From Diadema antillarum (lineage: Eukaryota): a DNA stretch of 64,000 nt. The DNA is taken from the NCBI RefSeq assembly GCF_040938485.1, contig NW_027271340.1, positions 2,046,001 to 2,110,000 on the forward strand. Direction: 5' to 3'. The position numbers were made by a program, and so were the translations under genes. This document shows, one piece after another, positions 35,567 through 46,267 of this stretch (positions within the stretch are counted from its first letter, which is position 1; each line of letters begins with the position of its first letter). The notes under the pieces are model-generated. The model did not search any database, was not told where the DNA came from, and was given only the letters and a program-made list of their open reading frames with translations.

Positions 35567-36913
35567 TTATGCCTCCGCCACGAAGTGGTGCCGGAGGCAT
35601 TATGTTTTTGGGTTGTCCGTTCGTCCGTCCGTCCGTCCGTCCGTACGTACGTCTGTCCGCTTTCGTTTACGCGATAACTTGAGTAATATTGAATGGAATG
35701 TTACCAAACTTGGTCCAAGTATAAAGTGTGATGGGGCAATTACTTCATTAGATTTTGGGTGAAATCAGCAAAAGGCCAAAGGTCAAAGGTCAAGGTCAAA
35801 TCATGAAATTGTATCTGTTTACGCGATAACTCAAGACTGGATCAAGCAAAGTTCACCAAACTTTAGATTGTCCGAGGATGATGTATGCTTTTTTGAGTGA
35901 AATCGGACAGAGGTCAAAGGTCAAAGATCAAGGTCAAATCCTGACATTTGTCTGTTTACGTGATAACTCAAAACTGGATAAAGCAGCTGTCACCAAACTT
36001 GGTCCAAGGATGATGTATGATGGGGCAATTAGTTATGTAAATTTTAGCGACATTGGCAAGAGGTCAAAGGTCAAAAGATCAAGGTCAAATGCTAAAAATG
36101 TTGCTATTATTTTCCCCATATCCATGCAATGCCAGAAGGTATTTTCTTGAAACTTAGTGTAGACATGTACTACTGCATAAAGATTCTCCAGAGAGAGTTT
36201 CATGTCATAAGGTCAAAGGTCAAAAGGTCAAAGTTAGGTGAAAATGTTACAATTTCACTTTTCTCGCAAATGGTTCAATCAATCTTGTGGAACTTGGTGC
36301 ATACACATGTACTGACTGGCAGGGATTATCTAGGGAATTTAGGGGTCATGGGTCAGTAGTCAGGGGTCAAAGGTCAAGGTCAACTCTTCAAAATTTAACT
36401 ATTTCCCTCATTTACTAGTATATGCAATGCTTGCATTATTTTTAAAACTTTATATACTGGTACCGGTACATGTGTATTACCTAATTGAGATTCTCTTGGA
36501 AATTTCCTGCCAGAAGGTCAAAGGTCAAAGGTTAAGGGTCAAGACCAGGTTTAAGTGCTAAAAAAAGAATCTATTTTATACTGTAATTACCGGTACTCTT
36601 TCCTCATACCTTGAAAATTACTCAATGCATAAACTTATAAAAGGGTCAGTCAGATGTCAAGTAAAAATCCTCCAAATTCCCCAAATACATGTAGGCCTAC
36701 CTGCACTCTTAGACAACTACAGCATTTTTTTTTTTACCTAGTTCAAGGAAAGTGAACATTCAAGATATTTCTGACAAACCTGTCATTTCAATGCTTTGCC
36801 AGTTATGTGAAACTGTCATCACACATTGTGAAGACGTTTAATTGCACTATACACCTATTGGGCGAATCGTGCATTATGGCGGAGGCATCAGTCGCCATAG
36901 CGACATTTTTAGT
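35567..36913 (+). mobile_element. HINE/DINE-1-like element, longer relative of 33947-34938
   Basis: Same subTIRs, (CCGT)n tract, AGGTCA repeats and GTCGC-cata-GCGAC hairpin; the 3' half is homologous to 34180-34938. Confidence 0.75.
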
Positions 36914-37047
36914 TTTTCTTTTTTTTTATTTGATTTATCATCTAAAGAGTGCAGTATTTAATTATTACCTACACGCGTGACTATAACCTATGAAAATTGT
37001 AAACTGTTGTAAAAAAAGTGAATGTAGAACCTGAAAATTAAGCACGA

Positions 37048-37204
37048 CCTGGGGGGCGTTTCATAAGGGAACTTGTCGGATAAAGTGTCCGACAAGTTCA
37101 GAGAAATCAGCCAATCAGACTAAAGAATTTCTCAAAACTTGTCGGATAGAAGAGACTTGTCAGATATTTTATCCGACAAGTTCCTTCATGAAATGGTCCC
37201 CAGG
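37048..37204. mobile_element. PIF/Harbinger-like MITE
   Basis: Imperfect ~37-bp TIRs (CCTGGGGGGCGTTTCATAAGGGAACTTGTCGGATAAA and its inverse) with internal ACTTGTCGGA repeats. Confidence 0.65.
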
Positions 37205-37807
37205 TTCACTGCATATTACATGTACTGCAATGATTTTTTTATAGCAACGCTTGCCATAGACGAATTGGCATGCTTATGTTTTTTATGGGACGTGCGCTGT
37301 GCCATGCGTGAAAAGAGTTGATGCCGCGGCGCGGTACAATGTGGTATGGTGCCAATGATTCATGCTCGGCACTCAATTGACGCCTTATCAATGGGGCACG
37401 CTACTAGCAACAGAAAAATCCGTCTGTCCGGAGCAGTTTATTTTTTTGACTTTTACGACTCTCCTCTTTGGTAGACATAGGAGGTCGACATAGGAGAAAA
37501 TTCCGTGAAGCCAGACGCAGACTCCGTGGAACATTATCCCCAACAACAAGATACAGGCAGACCGATCTATTCGGCCAATGCCAATGGTGCATGGTGCTCG
37601 CCCTTGCAAAGGGCCTACTGCTTACTGCGTAGCCACCCGAACCTCCTCGGTTGATCCTGCTGACAGTTTCGCATCTAACTACTAGTATCACAACCAGCAG
37701 AGAGCAGCAATACCCCACTTCACCGGTGTCTCCACGTGCTGCGCGCCGTACCCGTTTAACGTTAGACTGTTCAGTTCGTTATTAAATGTGTTCACAACAA
37801 ACTAGTC

Positions 37808-40800
37808 ATGAGTTCCAAAGACGATCAAAGAATACTATCTAAATTGAAGTATTTGCGGCAAGAAGACAAGGCCCTGCAAGATATTGAGACCAAGCTTAAA
37901 GCTCAGCTGAACCGCTTGAAGGTAATTTAATACATTCTGAACTGTGAGAGTGAGACTAGACTAGTTTGAGTAGGAATGTGTTCATTGTTTTCAAAAGAAG
38001 ATAGCATACAATCAATCGAATCTTGACCACTTTCAAAAAAGCATGTAACACCACCTGTGTAACACTGGAGAAATATTTTGCCAGATATAATAATAACTGC
38101 ATGAGTTCATTCATCGTGGGATTATGTTTCACCTTACAGCCTCACAGGTCATGTGTTTTGAAGGATAACAGGTAGACAGTGGTAGAGTTTCTACTCTACA
38201 AAATCGAAAATGTAGTACTGTATGCAGAGACTCCAACCCAAAGCACCTTCTGATCTGGAGATTCTCCCGCCTGAAACCTCTAGAAAACGGGAGACTTCAA
38301 GTTGATGTGTGCAAAGCGCGAAATTCCTAGGGTTGTAGATGCTCTCTGGTGCTATCTAAGGCTTATTTTTTCAACATACAATAGCAATAAGTAAGAAATC
38401 CTTTCCAACGGGAGACACAGAGCCAGGGCGGGAGAAATTGAATCTCAAACGGGAGAACGGGAGATTTTGCAAAAATGGGTTTTCGGCGGGAGATCTCCCG
38501 TCGAAAACGGGAGAGTTGGAGTCTCTGTGTATGTGCCAGGTAGTTCTTTTTCTCGTGATGTACATGGATATACAGTGGAAACTCGATATAACGAGATAGT
38601 CGGGACCGAGTCATTTTCCTCGTTATAGCCGATATCTCGTTATATCAGGTAGGCATAAAAGAAGGCATAAAATAATGACATTAATTTGCACATGTGGGAC
38701 TACCCATATTTCAATCAATACTGAAAACTTGATATTGTGTGTGAGGGAATTACTCACCTTTATGGGTAAGAAGATGTTTTTGCCAAGGAAATCCAATATC
38801 AAGAATGTGTTTCTTATTAATTGTAGATGTTTGAATTTGTAAATTTATATAGCTTGCGATTGTATCAAGATCGTATGTGGATTGGTATGTGGTTATTGTA
38901 TGGGTGTGTGTTGTGTGGAAAGCTTGAATATGGTCTGCACAATGCTGTGTGTGTATGTGACACATTCTGTATGTACATTATGACTGCATGTGTGTGTGAA
39001 GACGGGGAATTCCCTAAGTAGAAGGCCAATCACAGCATCAGATTGCCTCACACCTGCTAAATGTCATGATGTCATGTATACATGTGGCTGTCCCACCACA
39101 TTTTCTGCATGTATCCCGGAGTGTGCGTGCACACACACACTTCACACGTACAACATGCAGTGCTAGCTGGAGTGCATTGAAGAAAATGATTATGTGTGTA
39201 CAAGACAGTTTTTGGCGCATCAAGCTTTACAATCTCGGAAGATGATAGCACAGGCGAAGTAAAGCTTTACCGAAGGCATTTTGCTTTACCTCGCTATAGC
39301 AGGTTTGACTTACTATGTTTTTCTTTGTTTGGAAGTCACAAAATTTATCTCGTTATAGCAGTTATTTCGTTATAGCCAATCTCGCTATAAGAGTAGCATT
39401 TTACATAGACTTGTGTGGAAGGAAATTTGGGACCAAGAAAATTTCCTCGTTATATCCGATATCTCGTTATAGCAGTGTTCGTTATACCGAGTTTCCCCTG
39501 TATCGTAAATATATTTTCCTTTCTGCAGCAAGAAGAACGCGTGCTCCGTCAGCAGATGAGGCAGTCAAGTGGAGAGGCCTATGCTGAAGCCGCGGCAGCA
39601 AGAGCAAGGATAGAGGAGGTAATTAAGGGGATAAATTTAGTCAAATTAAATCTAGACCTTACATTCTACCTTGTGAAGTGCACATAGTGGGGGGGGGGGG
39701 GGGGGGGGGGGGACAAGCCCCATAGTATACAGGAGTCCTGGGTGGTATTCTGGAAATCTTCCTAAATTTCTTCCAAAGTTTCTTCGTAAGTCAGAAAGTT
39801 AGGAAGTGCCTAAGTAGGAAAGACAGAATTGGTATTCTGAAATTTCTTCCTCGGAACTTCTTAATGCAAATTAGGCCATCCTTATAAGCCTGCCCATGTC
39901 CTTTCATAAGCCAATATGAAATGCTGTATCATAACGAACCAACCAATGACAATTGCATATTATTATGACGTAGGGTTAAATACACGTGTCACGGCATGTC
40001 CCCTTTCTCATGCATGCCCATTTTGCGCATCAAAGTACATGTTGCGTGCAGTGAATGACAAGCTCCTGTCACAATGTTTTGCAGCTTGCTATATCTTAAC
40101 AAAGTACCTTAGGACAGGGGTGGGGCTTTCCTAAATATATCCTCCTAAAATTCTTTCCTAAGTGCATTCTAGAATACATGTACCAACTTCTTCCTATGTC
40201 AGAAATTTGCATTAAATTGCATATTTATATCCTCATTTTCAAATCTTCCTAGGCTAAGTTTCTCCCTAAGTTTAGGAAAAAAGTTAAGAAGAAACTTAGA
40301 AAGATTTTCAGAATACCACTTAGGAAAAAATCCTTCAGAAGGATACCTCTTGGGATTAAAGTTCTTGTGTCCAGAAAATTAGATTCTTTTCATAAGTTGA
40401 TATATCAAATATTGACCTTTCCTTAGAATAATAAAACTGCAGAAACATCTTTATGATGTAGGGGGAATCAATATTACAGATTTTCAATGAATTTATTTGG
40501 ACCCCATAACAATGGGGAGTGTATTCTCAAGTGACATGGGGTTAATTTTTCATTCCTTTTTGTGAAAGCTCTGAGGTGTGTTACTAGTCATGGCGTTGGG
40601 AGAAATTTTCTTATTTTTCAATCATGCACAAAGTGTTATATGTTTGCAAAAGTGATGTAGATGAACTTAAAGCTGCACGCATGCTCTTTTAGTAGAGGGA
40701 TGCAACATCTAGAATGAGCAGTAGATTGATGACATCAAAATATATTTCTTTTTTTTTTTTTACTGCTGTTGACAAAACTGCTGTTTTGACAATTGGTCAA

Positions 40801-42304
40801 ACTTTGTGTGATTGAAAAAAAAAATGCAATTGTCTTCAGTTCTTCATCTCCAGTCAGCATTGATTCACTAAAAGTTGTTTAGATAGTGCATAGAAAATCC
40901 AGCATGAGCTACATTGTAGAGGAAGATGTCTATTTGGTGATGTTTAACCTGTTGAGGACGAGTCCCGAGTATACTAGGGCAAGTGTAAATGGGAAATACG
41001 TGTTGTAGCAAAATCAGTCCGTCCTCAATGGGTTAACATTTTCTAAAGAGAGCTGTCTACAAGTGGCTCTTCCAGGAGAGCCAATATAAAATGCCCTGCG
41101 AGAAATGTTTGATTTTAGTTCATTCTTTTTTAAAAGTCAATATTCTGGCCATGAAACCATGTGTGCATGCAGCATACCGTCTATGACATATCCCTCTTTG
41201 TGTATCATATATCTGACACCTTGCCAGAATGCTTTGCTTTGAAGAAAGGTAGAAAGATAGAGCAACTGTAGCAGGCGGAGAAAGTGAGGAAGTTTTCGAA
41301 AATTAGCAAAGTATGGATTCTTTTTTTTAAATGAAAATACTGTGAAATAATTTAATACAGAGTTTACAACCTATCAGATATCGTGATGTGTGTTGGGAAT
41401 GTCTGTATTGCCACCACATATTCATTCTATTGTTTCCAGTTTCTCTCATCCGTACCAATTTTTGTTTGTTTACCCGTGTTAAGAATTAAACGCTCAGCAG
41501 ACTTTCAATTCTTTTCTGATAAATAAAGGCAGCTCTGACAATCTTTATTCCAAAATTCAGCAAATGTCAGAATTTGATGGGGTTTCCTATTTTCTGCAAA
41601 TTTTGTTTTTCTACAAAATATTGTACAAAAAAAGAAAAAAAGAAAGTGTTTCATATTTGTTTTCTACCTTAGCATTACCACTACAGTTTAAATTGTATAT
41701 AATAACAAATTCCACCAGGAAAGCAATTTCACCAAACTTGGAAGATCAAGACATGGCAAGGGTCAGTATGGCACTCTCATCAAAATGCATCCATGGCATG
41801 TACATCCAGATGCATTTTTAGTTCACACACTTGGGTATGGGTAGAGCGTGTCTTAGTTTTAAATCTGTCAGTTATTTGTTCATGTCTTCATTCATTCATT
41901 CATTTATTCATGCATTCATTTGTTTGTTTGTTTGTTTTGTTTGTTTTTTTGATGGTGAGCAGGAGTATGGCGTGCAGCAGGATGTGGATGACAAGGAGCT
42001 CATGAACAAGAAGCCACTGATGGACCTCAATGATGCTGCAACCTCCATCCTCCAGATGTGCCAGGCCCAGTTTGTAGGACAGTACGTGGCGGAAGAAGAG
42101 GAGGAAGAAGAGGAAGAGAACGAGGAGGAAGTGGAGGAGGAGGAGGAAGGTGATGGAGAGTTTGGAGCCGGTGGACATGACATTCACAGAGGAAGCATCG
42201 AGCAGGAGGTTGGCGATGAGCTCGGGGCAGCGTACCAAAAGCTCTTTAAGGAGATGCAGGCAGAGATGGATTATGATGATGATGATGAGTTTGACGACAC
42301 TTGA
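37808..42304 (+). CDS. SNAPC5: snRNA-activating protein complex subunit 5 (SNAP19). Exons 37808-37921, 39529-39618, 41963-42304 (~181 aa)
   Basis: LSKLKYLRQEDKALQDIETKLKAQLNRLK|QEERVL parallels human LSRLQELRKEEETLLRLKAALHDQLNRLK|VEELAL. Poly-Glu C-terminal region present. GT-AG phase-0 introns. The exon 3 acceptor is a GAGCAG tandem site. Confidence 0.8.
38225..38527. mobile_element. hAT-like MITE with apparent 6-bp TSD
   Basis: TGTATG|CAGAGACTCCAAC...GTTGGAGTCTCTG|TGTATG, with repeated ACGGGAGA subterminal motifs. Confidence 0.7.
38573..39500. mobile_element. Tc1/mariner-type MITE ends (TA|CAGTGGAAACTCG...CGAGTTTCCCCTG|TA), possibly interrupted
   Basis: Matching TIRs and CGTTATA motifs at both ends; the middle looks unrelated. 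Confidence 0.5.
39737..40320. mobile_element. Harbinger-like MITE (GGTGGTATTCTG...CAGAATACCAC)
   Basis: Terminal inverted repeats with internal TTCCTAA/TTAGGAA motif repeats. Confidence 0.55.
40948..41032. mobile_element. piggyBac-like mini-MITE (85 bp)
   Basis: TTAA|CCTGTTGAGGAC...GTCCTCAATGGG|TTAA. Confidence 0.75.
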
Positions 42305-43229
42305 GAATCCAACATGCCTTGGGAATCAATGCTACAGCTGTAGCAATAGTACACATCACCTGTAGGGCCATAACCGCCATTGAAGAGAAAGTGTCCAGTA
42401 CTTTTTATCACCTATGCAGGCTGAGAGCCATGCCTCCTCCTTGCCACCATCATGGGTGCGGTGATGACATCATCAAGAAGATGGTATTAATGTGGGAATC
42501 CATAGTGCTGTGAAAACCAGTTCTGCGCTTGTACTGTACCAACACTACGTATCACTGGAGGTCAACAAACTGATGTGTACAGTAGCTGAATCGAGTTGAA
42601 TTGCCTAGGCAGATGAGAAGTGCCCATACCATATGAGTATGATCATCATACCAAAAGACGTTAAAAGATGGGAGTTGCTGCTACCTTGTTTGCCGTTCAA
42701 CAGTTGAAAAGGTTAGAGCAACGTCGATCTGGCGCTGCTCAGTGGCTGCCGGGCCCACGATCAATTGGGCAAAATGAATTTCCATTCTTGGACTGTAAAA
42801 TTTGGAGTTTTTGGAGTTTATATCCATAATATGATGGAATTGGTATTCATGCAAATATGAATATGAGTGTAGAGCCAAAGAGTGTTAGCTGGAAACATCC
42901 TATTGACTGCTTAGAGAACCACAAGCTAGTTACCTGTGTAAAGGGCGCAGACAAATATACAAGTGTAGGTACATTTTATGATGCAAGAGGAAGTACTCTG
43001 CGGGTTATGAATGTATTTCCAACTCGTTCGCAAGAAAAATATCATGATTTTTTGTTGTTGTAAACATGTCTTTGGTGTTTGGTGTTTTACAGTGTCATAC
43101 GACCAAGTGTGTTTCTTGTTTATTGTTTCCTTTGTTGTTGTGTCTGCTGAGAGTAAATATGCCATCATATAGCATGAGAGATTATATGAGAAATAACTTA
43201 TAGTGGATCATTATCACAGATAACTTTAA

Positions 43230-43503
43230 AGGGTGTGTACAATTCTGGTTGAGGTGAGGATTTAGTTTTTAACGTTTTGCGAGATATTCAGAAACTACTC
43301 TATGAGATGTCAAAGAGCATGCAATTCTAAGGGGTATCAAAAGTTCATTTGATGAAAATCGGTTTTGAAATGATCGAGATATCTAAAAACAAGGTGAAAC
43401 AAAGAGATCCTAATAAAAGGCGTGGCCTGTCGCCTTTTATTATTATCACTTTTTTGGATATCTCAGCCATTCTCAGCCACCCCAACCAGTACTTACAGTC
43501 CCT
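43230..43503. mobile_element. Kolobok-like MITE
   Basis: TTAA|AGGGTGTGTAC...ACAGTCCCT|TTAA. Confidence 0.6.
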
Positions 43504-43773
43504 TTAAACTACCTTAAAGATCACCACTGAGCTATAAAAGGAAGACTTGTTTATTTTTCTTTTCTTTTCTTTTTTTGCTTCGAAAACAAATGCCAATGAT
43601 TTATCTATGACATGGTTATGATTTCTGGGAAACAAAACCAAGCAGTTAGTGATTGCATGTATGGAATTCATCAAGCATGTACATTCTGTGCAGGACTTTT
43701 GTCTGTTAGTGCATTTTGATATTCCATTTTTGTCCAGTGCTTATTGTTTCTAAAAATGGAGTCCACTGTATCA

Positions 43774-43904
43774 NNNNNNNNNNNNNNNNNNNNNNNNNNN
43801 NNNNNNNNNNNNNNNNNNNNNNNNNNNNNNNNNNNNNNNNNNNNNNNNNNNNNNNNNNNNNNNNNNNNNNNNNNNNNNNNNNNNNNNNNNNNNNNNNNNN
43901 NNNN
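43774..43904. other. Assembly gap (131 N)
   Basis: Run of N. Confidence 1.
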
Positions 43905-44405
43905 GTGTAACTACATCATCGCGCAGGTGCGTATGATGATTCTGATTGGGTCCACACAGGGGTCAGTGAGACATTGCTCTATGTACATTGTAATATCATG
44001 TACGTTAAGTGGAGTATCGTTACAGGGCACCACCCAGGCAAAAGATTACACAAATTTTTGAGATTAAAATTGTTGTGATTATACATTTGTACATTTACAT
44101 ACATTGTATGTGTTTATGAGTGGAGTACATGTATCTGCCGTACAGCAAAAAACAAAGTCCTCGCTTGGCTGTAAGCCTCCAAAATTTCCACTGATTTTTA
44201 TCTGGAGCTAACATGACATATCAAACTGGCATTTTGAAAGTGTAAATTCAAACTATTTCATCACCAAGCAGTACCAGTGAAGTGTTTCATGGATATGGTT
44301 GAACTTTCCCATCATGTTCAAAGTGACCTTTATTAGTAGGATGAAATCAGATAAATGCAATAATAAAAGTTTCACCAAAGTCAGACATAGAATGAGAAAG
44401 TTATA

Positions 44406-44634
44406 GGCCGGAATTCACGATGGTGGTACAATTCAAACCATGGTTTAAACCATTTTCAAAGATCGTAGTTTTGTTTGGGGCGGCAAGTGTCAAGGAAATA
44501 TTAACATTACGTCAACGAAATGACTGATTTCGCAATGAAATAGGCCATGCGACGCTTAGTGCCTCATACAAAACTAGTCTTTTTCCATGGTTTAAACCAT
44601 GGTTTCAATTGCACCACTTTTGTGAATTTGGGCC
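44406..44634. mobile_element. PIF/Harbinger-like MITE
   Basis: ATA|GGCCGGAATTCAC...GTGAATTTGGGCC|ATA: 3-bp TSD and ~45-bp imperfect TIRs. Confidence 0.7.
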
Positions 44635-45212
44635 ATAGAGTCTCAGAAGTTCACATTTTTACTCCCATTGGTTTGGGGTGGATGTTTAGCAACTGCAGCA
44701 TCTGTTCCTTGAGAAGTCATTGTTGCCACATTTATGTTATGACAAGATCACAATAATTTGATGGAAATTATTCATCTTATTCCTATTGATTTCATGAAAA
44801 GAATGTCAATTTAGTAAAGGTTTCCAGGCAGTTAAATGGGAGACTTGTGATGATTCGAATACTGTATGTGGTAGTGACTACTATTACAGAGTTCAGAAAA
44901 CTTAAAAATCCCTGAACTTGCTTATTTAAGGTCTGATTTTCAAGAAACCTGTACCATTCCATTCAACTGACACCATAAGCCAGTTCTGAGTTAGTTCATG
45001 TGCACATGGGTACAAATGACCTCTCTTTATGCTCAGTTGGTTAGGTACCTCACTCGTTTTCAAAATGACATAATGTGTAAGCTTGCCCAATGTAACAATG
45101 AACGGAATTCATTGCTCTTGTTCAAAGCATAAACTTGCGTAGACAATTAACACTTGGGGGAAAATGTCCGTCTCCTTATTTTCATTGACTATATGAACAA
45201 TCTTTTGTATTT

Positions 45213-46267
45213 TTGTCCCCGCCGAACGAGTTCGAGCAGGGGACTATGAAACGGGCTCCGTACGTGTGTGTGTCAGTGTGTGTGTCCGTCCGTGTGTCCG
45301 TGTGTGCGTCCGTGTGTGATCAAAATCTTCAATTTGCTACTTCTCTGTCATTTATCAGCCAATTTTGATTGTTTGCTTTATATGATAGCACTACATGGGA
45401 GCTTTGAAACTTCTACACAGAATTTCAGTTGTGACCTTTGACCTTGACCTTTGACCCATATTGTACATTTTGCTACAAAATGCTACTCCGCCATTTCTAA
45501 CCCGATTTCAATTCCATTTGCTTTATGTGATGGCACTAGTGGAGGGCTTCAAAACTTCTACACAGAATTTTGACCTTTGACTTCTTTGACCTTTGACCTT
45601 GATTTTTAGACCTGTATTGTACATTTTGCTACAAAATGCTACTCCTTCGCCATTTCTAACCCGATTTCGATTCCGTTTGCTTTATGTGATGGCACTAGGT
45701 GAGGGCTTCAAAACTTCCACACAGAATTTTGACCTTTGACTTCTTTGACCTATATTGTACATTGGCTACAAAATGCTACTCCTTCGCCATTTCTAACCCG
45801 ATTTCGATTCCGTTTGCTTTATGTGATGGCACTCGTTGAGGGCTTCAAAACTTCCACACAGAATTTTGACCTTTGACTCCTTTGACCTTTGACCTTGATT
45901 TTTTACCTATATTGTACATTTTGCTACAAAATGCTACTCCTTCGCCATTTCTAACCCGATTTCGATTCCGTTTACTTTATGTGATGGCACTAGGTGAGGG
46001 CTTCAAAACTTGTACACAGAATTTTGACCTTTGATCTTTGACCTTGATTTTTGACCTATATTGTACAATGGCTACAAAATGCTACTCCTTCGCCATTTCT
46101 AACCCAATTTCGATTCCGTTTGCTCTATGTGATGGCACTAGGTGAGGGCTTCAAAACTTCTACACGGAATTTAGACCTTTGACCTTGATTTTTCACCTGT
46201 ATTGTACATTTTGCTACAAAATGCTACTTCCGGCGGGGACATATATTACGCACCGCGTAATTTCTAC
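45213..46267 (+). mobile_element. HINE-like element carrying a ~140-158-bp tandem array (~5.5 units)
   Basis: SubTIRs TGTCCCCGCCG / CGGCGGGGACA, GT/CCGT microsatellite, TGACCTTTGA-rich units and a TTACGC-acc-GCGTAA hairpin. It splits the old repeat that is contiguous at 2660-2710. Confidence 0.8.

Noticed and set aside
39688-39712. Long poly-G run (and poly-C at ~22116-22138)
   Set aside because: Homopolymers of uncertain length, common as TE linkers and sequencing artefacts; no functional evidence.
41900-42238. Minus-strand Leu/Ser-rich ORFs
   Set aside because: Antisense shadow of the poly-Glu SNAPC5 exon.
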